64,000 nucleotides of DNA. It comes from a bacterium. Lineage in GTDB: Bacteria; Zhuqueibacterota; Zhuqueibacteria; Residuimicrobiales; Krinioviventaceae. The notes beneath the pieces are model-generated. The model ran no database searches. It saw only the letters and a program-made list of their open reading frames with translations, and was not told the origin of the DNA. The stretch lies in NCBI GenBank assembly GCA_963675755.2, contig CAXXMD010000002.1:800001-864000 (forward strand). The letters are read 5' to 3'. Positions within the stretch are counted from its first letter, which is position 1. The number at the start of each line of letters is the position of its first letter. Both the position numbers and the translations under genes were made by a program. Positions 25,967-35,228 of the stretch are shown here, in pieces.

Positions 25967-27760
25967 TTGTACAACAAAGACAATATTGATCGTTTACTAT
26001 CCATAAATCCCACTATCAACAGTCTCCTCAAAGATGCCCAAAATCCAAGAATGGCAAGAAATTTTACCCGAATATATCTAGATGAAATGATCAGTATGTT
26101 GGACAGGAATACACAAAAGATTCAACCTCTTGAATGGACTGTTCAGATGTCTTGTTTGCAAACATTTAAAAAAATTATTTCAGTTAGAAGTGAAAGACTG
26201 GCAAAGTTTAGTATCATTCAGTTATTATTTTACCTTGCAAAAGGTAAACTTGATAAACTTCCTTCTGATTTAAATGACGGTTTTTTTGAAGAAATGATCC
26301 ACTTGTTTCAAGGTATGCTGGGTAAAAGCGGTGTTTATACTCAAGAAAAAGTTCCTGAATTTACAAATTTAAGCGGTCGAGATGCTGCCATTTCAAGATC
26401 TCATAAATTAGATATAATGGCAAATGAAAGTAACAAATTCGTAAAAAAATATCCATCCGGTCTTGATGAAACTGTAAAACAAAGGCGAATAACAAACAAA
26501 AAACGTATAATGGATCATTTTCAAGCTACAGATCAAGATTGGAATAACCATCTATGGCAAATGAAACATGTTATACGAAATGTCGAACAACTTGAATCTT
26601 TGATAGATCTATCGGAAGAAGAGATCCAATCTATCAATATGGCTAAAGGTGGAAATCTACCCTTTGGAATTACCCCTTATTATGTTTCATTGATGGATAA
26701 AGAACCTGATCGTAAATTCGATCACGCAATCCGAGCTCAGGTTATCCCCCCATTAGATTATGTCGAAAATATGCTAAAAAATCGAGATGATCGTTCCAAT
26801 TGCTTTGATTTTATGATGGAATCAGACACATCCCCTATTGATCTTATCACACGACGATATCCCATGATCTGTATTCTTAAACCATACAATACTTGTAGTC
26901 AAATTTGTGTTTATTGTCAGCGGAACTGGGAAATTGACGATGTTTTGGCTTCAGACGCATTAGCAAGTAAAGAAAATATAACAAATGCAGTTCAATGGAT
27001 AAAAGATCATCCTGCAATAAATGAAGTACTTGTAACGGGTGGTGATCCTCTGGTAATGAACAATAAAAGGCTTGATTGGGTATTATCTCAAATTGCTGAA
27101 ATAGATCACGTAGAAAGAATACGTATAGGATCTCGCACCCCAGTTGTATTACCCCAACGCATCACTGATGATCTTTTACAAATTATTAAGAAATATCATG
27201 TTCCCGGAATAAGAGAAGTTGTTCTTGTTACACATTTTGAACATCCTTATGAAATCACCCCGGAATCCATGCAAGCAGTACAGAAATTCAAAAAAGCAGG
27301 AATTTCAGTATATAACCAGGCTGTTTACACTCTTGAAAACAGTCGAAGATTTGAGTTGGTAGCATTGCGCAGATTATTAAGATTGATTGGAGTGGATCCA
27401 TACTATACATTTAACACAAAAGGAAAAGAAGAAACAAAAAGCTATCGCGTACCGATGGCAAGACTACAACAAGAAATTAAAGAAGAAGCCAGATTAATCC
27501 CAGGAACAGTTAGAACGGATGAACCTGTTTATAATGTACCTAAATTAGGTAAAAACTATATAAGAGCACAACAACATCACAGTATACTAACTATTTTGCC
27601 TAATGGCTCCCGCGTTTATGAATTCCATCCTTGGGAAAAAAACCTAGCGTTGGCTGAAACGTATATAGATACTGATGTTTCAATATATGATTATTTAAAC
27701 ATACTTGAAAAACGTGGTGAAAATATTGATGATTATAAATCTATCTGGTATTATTTTTAA
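25967..27760 (+). CDS. KamA-family radical SAM aminomutase-like protein with a long N-terminal extension
   Basis: WNNHLWQMKH, FGITPYY, ITRRYP, TCSQICVYCQR (CxxxCxxC), EVLVTGGDPL, RIRIGSRTPVVLPQRIT, THFEHPYE, NQAV, VPKLGK. Likely start is TTG 25967 after AAGGAG (track start 25928). Confidence 0.85.
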   Translation: MYNKDNIDRLLSINPTINSLLKDAQNPRMARNFTRIYLDEMISMLDRNTQKIQPLEWTVQMSCLQTFKKIISVRSERLAKFSIIQLLFYLAKGKLDKLPSDLNDGFFEEMIHLFQGMLGKSGVYTQEKVPEFTNLSGRDAAISRSHKLDIMANESNKFVKKYPSGLDETVKQRRITNKKRIMDHFQATDQDWNNHLWQMKHVIRNVEQLESLIDLSEEEIQSINMAKGGNLPFGITPYYVSLMDKEPDRKFDHAIRAQVIPPLDYVENMLKNRDDRSNCFDFMMESDTSPIDLITRRYPMICILKPYNTCSQICVYCQRNWEIDDVLASDALASKENITNAVQWIKDHPAINEVLVTGGDPLVMNNKRLDWVLSQIAEIDHVERIRIGSRTPVVLPQRITDDLLQIIKKYHVPGIREVVLVTHFEHPYEITPESMQAVQKFKKAGISVYNQAVYTLENSRRFELVALRRLLRLIGVDPYYTFNTKGKEETKSYRVPMARLQQEIKEEARLIPGTVRTDEPVYNVPKLGKNYIRAQQHHSILTILPNGSRVYEFHPWEKNLALAETYIDTDVSIYDYLNILEKRGENIDDYKSIWYYF

Positions 27761-27773
27761 ATGAGGAATTCAA

Positions 27774-27959
27774 ATGAATGAAGAACAGAATGTACAAAAT
27801 GATGTTCCCGGTCCAATTGAAAGCGAATACAAGGGCAATCCTATTCTCACTCTTAATCCGGAAAGCAGATACCCCTTTAGCTTTGGATTATCAAAAGCTA
27901 AATTAGTAATACAATATTTTGAAGAAATAAAAGCTTTTGTTCAAAAACATGATAAATAA
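27774..27959 (+). CDS. Small conserved-looking hypothetical protein (61 aa)
   Basis: GAGGA RBS; co-transcribed after the KamA-like gene; ends at the bidirectional terminator; SEYKGNPILTL...FSFGLSKAKL. Confidence 0.7.
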   Translation: MNEEQNVQNDVPGPIESEYKGNPILTLNPESRYPFSFGLSKAKLVIQYFEEIKAFVQKHDK

Positions 27960-27993
27960 AAAAAAAGGCCGCTTAAATAAGCGGCCTTTTTTT
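27958..27993. terminator. Bidirectional intrinsic terminator
   Basis: A-run, ggccgctta-aa-taagcggcc, T-run, between convergent genes. Confidence 0.85.
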
Positions 27994-28013
27994 ATTATCT
28001 ATAATATTTATGC

Positions 28014-29306
28014 TTATCCGATTCGATTTAACCATTCACGGGCTTTACCAACATATTCACTATCAGGATAATTATTGATTAATTCCTGCAAATAATTTTT
28101 TGCATTCTGCATATCATTTAACTGAATATAACAACGACCCAACATCAAAGTTGCATCATCTTTTTTGTAAGAAAAGCTATGTGCAAAAACACTTTGGAAT
28201 GCCTGAATTGCTTGCTCATAATTTGCAAGACCAAAATAAGATTCACCAATCCAATAGTCACAATTACTGGTCAATTTATGATTTGGATATTGAGCCTTTA
28301 ATTGTTCAAACTGGGATATCGCACTTGCAAAATCGCGTGAATAATAAACTTGCAAAGCACTTTGATATGCATTTGAGAATGATCCATCACCGCTGTAAGC
28401 AGTTGCAGAGCGTCCAGAAGTACCTGCTAAATCAGATTCAAGATCAGAAATTCGTTGTTCTTTGAATTGCAATTCCTGTTGAAGATTATTAATTTCATTT
28501 TGTTTCACACTAATATTTTGAGTTAACTCGTCATATCTTTGCTGTAATGCTTGATCATCAGTTTCAGTAAACATGGACAGATCATCACTATCTTCCAATT
28601 GAGAAAGAATGTCACCTTCTACCTCATTAAATTCTACACGTTCAAGTGCTAAAAGATCATCATCACTGGGACCTTGTTGTGTACGGCTTCCAAGATGATA
28701 AGTTAAACCCAGTTTTGCATTCAAATAGCCATCTTTTGATCCGTTATTATCCTGGTTATTTACACCATCAAGATCATCAGACATTGTAAATCTGTAATCT
28801 GCAAAAGTAGTCAAAGCCAACTTGTCAGTTAAAAATAAATCAAGTCCACCACCAAAAATCAAACCACCATCATAATATACTTCGCCTTGTGGAAAATTAG
28901 CAGTTTGCTTATATACATATCCAGGATCTTTACTTTCTCTGTAAAATTCAAAGCTAAATGCACCTACACCCAAAGAAACATAGGGTAAAAATCTGCCTGA
29001 ATTCAAGAGATTGAAATTAGCCGTCAAGTCAACATTATTTAAATAACTGGTAAATTCATTATCAACATCGGTCAAGCGAGAAAAACCAACACCTAATGCC
29101 AAGTTAAAACGGTTATTTAAATAATATCTTCCCGCAACACCACCGGAAATACCAATGCCTGGATCAGCATAATCGCCATAAGGCTGAGTAAAACCACCGT
29201 ATGCTCCAATTCCAAACTTGGACTGACCAGCGGGGCCTTGAGCATAAAGTGAAGGTACCAGTAAAAGTACCATTGCAATTATTAATAAACTCTTCAGGAT
29301 CTTCAT
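28014..29306 (-). CDS. Outer-membrane beta-barrel fused to a coiled coil and a CpoB/YbgF-like TPR domain
   Basis: Signal peptide; OmpA-type barrel strands (LPYVSLGVG, GGGLDLFL, LNAKLGLTYHLG); coiled coil; YQSALQVY..AISQFEQL...YPNHKLTSNCDYWIGESYF...KKDDATLMLG...YPDS. Confidence 0.75.
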   Translation of the reverse strand: MKILKSLLIIAMVLLLVPSLYAQGPAGQSKFGIGAYGGFTQPYGDYADPGIGISGGVAGRYYLNNRFNLALGVGFSRLTDVDNEFTSYLNNVDLTANFNLLNSGRFLPYVSLGVGAFSFEFYRESKDPGYVYKQTANFPQGEVYYDGGLIFGGGLDLFLTDKLALTTFADYRFTMSDDLDGVNNQDNNGSKDGYLNAKLGLTYHLGSRTQQGPSDDDLLALERVEFNEVEGDILSQLEDSDDLSMFTETDDQALQQRYDELTQNISVKQNEINNLQQELQFKEQRISDLESDLAGTSGRSATAYSGDGSFSNAYQSALQVYYSRDFASAISQFEQLKAQYPNHKLTSNCDYWIGESYFGLANYEQAIQAFQSVFAHSFSYKKDDATLMLGRCYIQLNDMQNAKNYLQELINNYPDSEYVGKAREWLNRIG

Positions 29307-29350
29307 GTTTATCTCCCTTCATGGAAAATTAAACTTGGCAACATCTTGCG

Positions 29351-29887
29351 TTAAGAATAATTTTTTTTCTGTTCCTTAAAATATTTCAAGAGTACGTCAG
29401 GAACAATGGTTTCAAGATTAATATCAGTTTCTGCATTTTGATTATAAGCATTCAACAGAGATTCAAGATTTAATGTTTCGTAATAAAATTTTTCACCATT
29501 TTTTTGATCGAACAAATTTTTGATTTTAATAATTTGCTCACCTACTTTTTCAAAATAATAGTTAGTTAATGAATGTCCTATTAAATCCTTAACTTTTAAA
29601 TCAATATCCAATTTACTTTTTAACACATCACGAATAATACCGTGAAACAAATAACGATTCAAATTTAACTCTAGTCCACTATCAACACCTTTATAACTAA
29701 AAACCGATGGACCTTTAAAATAATCAGTTTTAGGAGCGATGTGATTCAAAATATAAAAATCAATCGCTTCTCGTTCATTGGTCTCAAGGAGCTTGTGTGA
29801 ATAATAAAATAACTGGTTGTTACTATCATCAAATTCTATTTCAACGAGCACGTTAAAAGTTGAAAAATATATTGTATCATTCATCAC
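29351..29887 (-). CDS. Hypothetical protein (178 aa)
   Basis: Long ORF in an AT-rich gap, co-oriented with neighbours; no motif recognised. Confidence 0.6.
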   Translation of the reverse strand: MMNDTIYFSTFNVLVEIEFDDSNNQLFYYSHKLLETNEREAIDFYILNHIAPKTDYFKGPSVFSYKGVDSGLELNLNRYLFHGIIRDVLKSKLDIDLKVKDLIGHSLTNYYFEKVGEQIIKIKNLFDQKNGEKFYYETLNLESLLNAYNQNAETDINLETIVPDVLLKYFKEQKKNYS

Positions 29888-30195
29888 ATCAAAATCTTAC
29901 AATTATTATTAAAGCAAAAATCAAGCCATTAATATCTTACTTTACATAACTTGAATAACCTACTCTAGAACAAGGAATTGCACAAGTATTATTTCAAAAT
30001 TATGTGACATGAAACACATTTATGTAATTTAAATAAAACAATAACTTGTGATCTTTTTTATTATACATACAACAAATTAATTTTGCGTTTATATTTTTAA
30101 ATTTCACTTACTAAAACAAAGTTTTTGTTGAATTTATTTGTTAATTTTATGTTCATCTATAAAACACTATATCAAATTGATACAGTAATAGTTAC

Positions 30196-31134
30196 CTATT
30201 TGAAATTCAAAATTACTTTTAAAGAACTTTGCAAAGACGTATCAAAAGCTTTATCAAAATCCTCAACATTAAATTCCTTGTCAATCAAAGCGTCTGTATT
30301 GAAACTGCTATTTTCAATCAAGCGAAGGGCTGGTTCAAACCGACCACATCTTGAACCTACAATATTAATTTCATCAACAACAAATTGAGACATATTTATT
30401 GTTATATCGCTTGCATAAGTACTCTTTAGAACAATAGTCCCTCTAGGTTTAATTTTTTTTTTAGCAAACATTAAACCTTCAGGTTTTCCTGAGGCTTCCA
30501 CAACAATATCAAATTTTAAATTTTCATCATTACTTGTCTTTGCACCAAACTTTTCAGCAATTGCAAGCTTGCTTTCATGTTTCCCAAAAACAGTACAATC
30601 AGCGCCGGTTAATTGGATAGCCTGAACAATCAACAATGCCAGTTTACCATCACCTACAATTGCAACTTTATCACAAGGCTGTATATGTACTTGCTCCAAA
30701 ATTTCCAACGCAGCAGCAATGGGCTCCGTAAAGACAGCTTGCGAATCAGACATTGAATCCGGTACAATAAATAAATTTTTGTCCGGTAATACAAGGTATT
30801 CCGCAAAAGCACCTTGATGATTGAAAATACCTAAAACAGATCTATTATAACAATGTCTTTCAAGGCCAGAGCGACAGAATTCACAATCACCACAACCAAC
30901 ATTTATTTCACCAACAACACGTTTACCAACTAGAGATGAATTAAAAGATTCTTTGACAATTCCTACAAACTCATGTCCCATGACACCAGAGTATTCCATA
31001 TAACCTCTGGTAATCTCTATATCTGTATTACAGATACCAGCTTTTGCAATCTCAATCAGAGATTCACCTTCTTTAGCAACAGGTTTTTCAATATCCATCA
31101 GCTTTACTTTGTTGTCAAATACAATTGCTTTCAT
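30196..31134 (-). CDS. Zinc-dependent alcohol dehydrogenase-like (MDR) protein
   Basis: GICNTD, GHEFVG, CGDCEFC...HC, GAFAEY, GDGKL, VGSRCG. Confidence 0.9.
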   Translation of the reverse strand: MKAIVFDNKVKLMDIEKPVAKEGESLIEIAKAGICNTDIEITRGYMEYSGVMGHEFVGIVKESFNSSLVGKRVVGEINVGCGDCEFCRSGLERHCYNRSVLGIFNHQGAFAEYLVLPDKNLFIVPDSMSDSQAVFTEPIAAALEILEQVHIQPCDKVAIVGDGKLALLIVQAIQLTGADCTVFGKHESKLAIAEKFGAKTSNDENLKFDIVVEASGKPEGLMFAKKKIKPRGTIVLKSTYASDITINMSQFVVDEINIVGSRCGRFEPALRLIENSSFNTDALIDKEFNVEDFDKAFDTSLQSSLKVILNFK

Positions 31135-31269
31135 ATCAACACATAAAAACCTTTTGCTTAAACTAATGCTTCAAGTAAACGTCACTATATATTACTACAC
31201 AATAAATTACGGAATTTGAAATGTATTGTCAAGTGAAATAATTAAAATCAAGTAAAAAATGAAGAAAAT

Positions 31270-33009
31270 TTAACGAATAAGTGCAATTTTGGCAGGACCA
31301 ATTACCGTAGAACATTCAATGATAACCAAATAAACCCCTGAAACTACCCCTTCCCCACTGTCGTTGATGCCTCTCCATTGATAAATATTTGTACCATCTG
31401 GGCATTTTTCCAATTTCGATCTTTTAATTTTTTGTCCTGCTTCATTATAAATTGAAACATAAACATCATCACTTTGCTCTTCAAGGTTGAAAATTATGTC
31501 TACATACTCATGCTTATCCGGCATAAACGGATTAGGTTTAATTTCTACAATTTCATTCTGGCTTTCTGAAACGCTCCCACGCTCTATTTTCATGGAAAAA
31601 GTTTTCGCTTTATTATTCACAAATGAAACATCTGGGAAGCGACTGAATATGGGGCAAACAATTATTTCTGAAAGTGAACTTATTGTATTTAGATTCTTGG
31701 GTGAATCACCACCAACAATAATGGGTTCGTATTTACCATCATAATTGTTTACAATAATTGAATAGATCCAATTTTCAGGTTCATCAAAATCAGGAACAAC
31801 TGAATATTCACCTGTAGACTTTACTGATACTTTGTAATAATTTGTAGATTGTTGTTCAACTTTGTCTTCCAAGGTTAGTTCTGAAACAATCTGTTTTTGA
31901 TCGGTAAAATCTATTTGTGGGTAATATTCACCTTCTGGGTAATACAGAGTAGTGTCAGCGCGGTTCCCGGTAAAATAATTCCATACGGAGAAATCTGCTA
32001 TCTCCATTTTAAAGCTGCTGCCATAATCCAACAACGCAAGATTTATTGCTTCAAATACTTCATGGTCAATAAAATATTCCCAAATAGACTTGATAATATT
32101 ACGGTCATATTTTTTTTCAAGCATATGAAAAAAAATACCTAAACCATATTCATGAGAATATCCTGTTGAATAAAAAGACTGATCAAGATTTTGAAACAAA
32201 GAAGGGACATAGTAATAGTAATCATTCACATCATCATAAACCACATCTTCCATCCATGTAGCAGTTGCTTCGAATAAAAAGATGGCATCAATTTCAGTAT
32301 TAAAATAACCCCGATACCCCAGATGAATCATATGGAAAAATTCATGAGCAGCAGTTACATTAATTGCTCCAACACCCTGGGTTGGTGTATGCAGAAAATC
32401 ATTGTCCATTTCTATATAACTTGTATAATCATCTCGTTTTGTACCTGATACTGCGTATTCTGGTGTGGTTGCACCATAATCACCAAAATTATAAATATAC
32501 ACATCATATTGAGGATCATCGGGATCGTCAATGGGTGGTGGCATATAGCCCAATTCATTAACCTCTATATCATAAGAATGATCAAAGGCCAATGCCGCAT
32601 TTTCAACAAACTCCAGAGTTGCGGCATCTTCACCAATTGTTGTATAATGCAATTTAAATAAACCACTGGGACTAATATAAGATTCTGTCAAATTTCCAAA
32701 AGAAGCACGAGACAAATAAGGTTTTAAGATTTCTTGTTCATCTAAAGAAGCTGTTTGGTAAGCCTGAAAAGCCTGAAACTTGAAACGTGTAGCATTTCTG
32801 GTAATTTCATTTGAATAGGTTTTATATTCTTCTGGTAAATTTTCAGGATTAAATATAGCATCAAGCTGCTTAACCAACAATTCAGTTTCAGAAATATTCC
32901 CCTGCTGATACGCTTGTAAAAGTGCCTGCTCTGTTGTCTTTGGACTTGAGCTTGCAATTGCTAAAGTAAACATCAAAAGTACAAAAAAAATTGAAACCGT
33001 GTATTTCAT
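31270..33009 (-). CDS. Secreted zinc metalloprotease-like protein (MXAN_6640-like) with a FlgD-Ig/T9SS-like C-terminal domain
   Basis: Signal peptide; TAAHEFFH (HExxH) followed by EATATWME; C-terminus PNPF...SIYNEAGQKI...WRGINDSGEGVVSGVY...KIALIR. Confidence 0.75.
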   Translation of the reverse strand: MKYTVSIFFVLLMFTLAIASSSPKTTEQALLQAYQQGNISETELLVKQLDAIFNPENLPEEYKTYSNEITRNATRFKFQAFQAYQTASLDEQEILKPYLSRASFGNLTESYISPSGLFKLHYTTIGEDAATLEFVENAALAFDHSYDIEVNELGYMPPPIDDPDDPQYDVYIYNFGDYGATTPEYAVSGTKRDDYTSYIEMDNDFLHTPTQGVGAINVTAAHEFFHMIHLGYRGYFNTEIDAIFLFEATATWMEDVVYDDVNDYYYYVPSLFQNLDQSFYSTGYSHEYGLGIFFHMLEKKYDRNIIKSIWEYFIDHEVFEAINLALLDYGSSFKMEIADFSVWNYFTGNRADTTLYYPEGEYYPQIDFTDQKQIVSELTLEDKVEQQSTNYYKVSVKSTGEYSVVPDFDEPENWIYSIIVNNYDGKYEPIIVGGDSPKNLNTISSLSEIIVCPIFSRFPDVSFVNNKAKTFSMKIERGSVSESQNEIVEIKPNPFMPDKHEYVDIIFNLEEQSDDVYVSIYNEAGQKIKRSKLEKCPDGTNIYQWRGINDSGEGVVSGVYLVIIECSTVIGPAKIALIR

Positions 33010-33012
33010 ATT

Positions 33013-34329
33013 CTAATTCTTTTTTCTAAATATCATACGTACAGGAACTCCCATAAAGCCATAATTGTTCCTGAGTTGATTTTCCAGATAATTGCGATAG
33101 TTTTGTTTAATTCCTCTGGGTTCATTTGTAAAAAATACAAATGTAGGTGGCGAATGCTTTACCTGGGTCAAATAATTAATCTTGACATATTTATCACCAA
33201 ATGCTGGTGGATGATGTTGAGCAATAGCCCCTTCAAGAAATTTGTTTAATTCTGCAGTTTGAATCGTACGTTTTCTCTCTTCATATACGGACAAGGCAAT
33301 ATCCAGTAATTTAAATATTCTCTGTTTGGTTAAACATGAAACAAACAGTATGGGAATGTATGCCAAATCTCTGAATGTATCCTGCATTTCAACTTCAAAA
33401 TTACGAGAAGTCATGGTATCTTTTTCAACCAGATCCCATTTGTTTACACCAACAACAATACCCTTGCCTTCATCTATAGCCTGTCGAATAATTTTTTTAT
33501 CCTGGTCTGCAATTCCCTGTGTAGCATCAATTAAAACCATTGCAATATCACATCGGTGTATAGCGTTATTGGTCCTCACATTACTAAAATACTCTACACT
33601 CTCTTTTACTTTTGTACGTCGTCTCAAACCAGCAGTATCAATCAACACCAATGATTTTTTCTGATATTGAAGTTCCGTATCAATTGCATCTCGAGTTGTA
33701 CCTGCAATATCGGTAACAATATGCTTATCATGACCCAAAATAGCATTTACAAAAGAAGACTTGCCTACATTAGGTCTTCCAATAATTGCCAATTTTATTC
33801 GATCGTCAATATATTCACCAGCTTTGATTTTGTGTTCAAATGATTCGAGAACCATATCTAACAGGTCACCAACATATCGGCCACCCATTGCAGAAAGCGC
33901 ATAAGGTTCACCCATCCCCAGACTGTAAAATTCGTGAATATCAATCAGACGATCATCATTGTCTATTTTATTTACAACCAGTAATACCGGTATACCACTT
34001 TTTTTAAGTATATTGGCAATATCCAAATCAAGTGCTGTAACCCCGGTAGTTATATCGGTAACAAAGATAATCACATTTGCTTCACTGATAGCAAGATTAA
34101 CTTGTTCCCGAATTGCTGTTTCAAAAATATCATCAGATTCGGGAACATACCCCCCGGTATCTAATAATTCAAATTCATAACCTGCCCAATCTGTCAGGGC
34201 GTAATTACGGTCACGTGTCACACCTGGCATATCATCTACAATTGCTTCACGCTTGCGTATAATTCTATTGAACAATGTAGACTTGCCTACATTGGGTCTT
34301 CCTAATATTGCAACAACAGCTCTTTTCAT
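33013..34329 (-). CDS. der: Ribosome biogenesis GTPase Der (EngA)
   Basis: Two GRPNVGKS P-loops, GVTRDR and GTTRD, DTGG and DTAG, NKID and NKWD, C-terminal KH-like domain. Confidence 0.97.
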   Translation of the reverse strand: MKRAVVAILGRPNVGKSTLFNRIIRKREAIVDDMPGVTRDRNYALTDWAGYEFELLDTGGYVPESDDIFETAIREQVNLAISEANVIIFVTDITTGVTALDLDIANILKKSGIPVLLVVNKIDNDDRLIDIHEFYSLGMGEPYALSAMGGRYVGDLLDMVLESFEHKIKAGEYIDDRIKLAIIGRPNVGKSSFVNAILGHDKHIVTDIAGTTRDAIDTELQYQKKSLVLIDTAGLRRRTKVKESVEYFSNVRTNNAIHRCDIAMVLIDATQGIADQDKKIIRQAIDEGKGIVVGVNKWDLVEKDTMTSRNFEVEMQDTFRDLAYIPILFVSCLTKQRIFKLLDIALSVYEERKRTIQTAELNKFLEGAIAQHHPPAFGDKYVKINYLTQVKHSPPTFVFFTNEPRGIKQNYRNYLENQLRNNYGFMGVPVRMIFRKKN

Positions 34330-34332
34330 ATC

Positions 34333-35088
34333 TTATTTAATTGATTCGTCTCGCTCCTGGTTCCACTTAACCCAGTCAAGCGCCTCATCAACTTCCTCGT
34401 CAATTTTAGATTTTGCGAATTTTCCATCAGCACGAACTGTTACTTGAAAACCTTGAACAATTCGAACCCATTCTTCCAGAGTAACCTCAAACGGAGGCGG
34501 TATTTCATAAGGACCAGGCACCTCTACGGGTTTTAAGCTATGTGTTTGAGGTACGTTAGCTACAGGATTCCAATAAGAGTTTGGTCCAACATCTACAGCT
34601 CCCTGATATACACTACAAGTAGTAGATTGATCAGAATCAATTCTGAAAATTGTTCCTCTAACCGCACAAACTGCTGTAGGAGTTTTAACTTGAAATCCAG
34701 ACTTTTTGTTTGTAATGGGATTTATATTAAGCCAGATTTTACCTTTCAGTAACTCTGATTTTGATTTACTGGAATTTTCCTGTATTGCTACAGATGTAAA
34801 AACAAATTCAGATTCTTCACCAATCCTTACAAGACTGTTGTCAGTCAAAGTCACTTCACAACGAGATTCTTTAGCTGTTCTTATCTTGTCTGATTCATAA
34901 ACCTTTTGGCCCATTTCAGCATCATTCCACTCATCTGAATGATGTTGAATTTGTACATCTTTGCCTTGTCCAATTATAAATGTAATCTCACCAATATTTT
35001 CAGGTTCAGCCAGAATCAAATTACTGAAGACGATTATAAATACAAAAAGGACAAAAATTATCCCAATTTTTGATATATATTGTTTCAT
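34333..35088 (-). CDS. Exported FecR-domain protein
   Basis: Signal/TM; DKIRTAKESRCEVTLTDNSLVRIGEES, VKTPTAVCAVRGTIF, VYQGAVDV. Confidence 0.8.
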   Translation of the reverse strand: MKQYISKIGIIFVLFVFIIVFSNLILAEPENIGEITFIIGQGKDVQIQHHSDEWNDAEMGQKVYESDKIRTAKESRCEVTLTDNSLVRIGEESEFVFTSVAIQENSSKSKSELLKGKIWLNINPITNKKSGFQVKTPTAVCAVRGTIFRIDSDQSTTCSVYQGAVDVGPNSYWNPVANVPQTHSLKPVEVPGPYEIPPPFEVTLEEWVRIVQGFQVTVRADGKFAKSKIDEEVDEALDWVKWNQERDESIK

Positions 35089-35160
35089 AAAGACCTCATT
35101 TTAGGGCAATATGAATTAATTTTTAATTTACTCATTTCTTTGCACAAAAAAAAGTGAAAT

Positions 35161-35205
35161 TAAAATAAAAAAGGAGAAGGTAATAGAATAAAAAACCTTC
35201 TCCTT
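35161..35205 (-). terminator. Intrinsic terminator closing the LPP20-SLH-FlgT-CsgG operon
   Basis: aaggagaaggt...accttctcctt 11-bp stem with a U-rich tail on the minus strand. Confidence 0.65.
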
Positions 35206-35228
35206 GGATTATATATTTGAATATTAAT

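Noticed and set aside
24331-27993. Shared AGGCCGCT arm in two hairpins as a REP-like repeat family
   Set aside because: Only two short copies with different loops, each placed as an ordinary intrinsic terminator.
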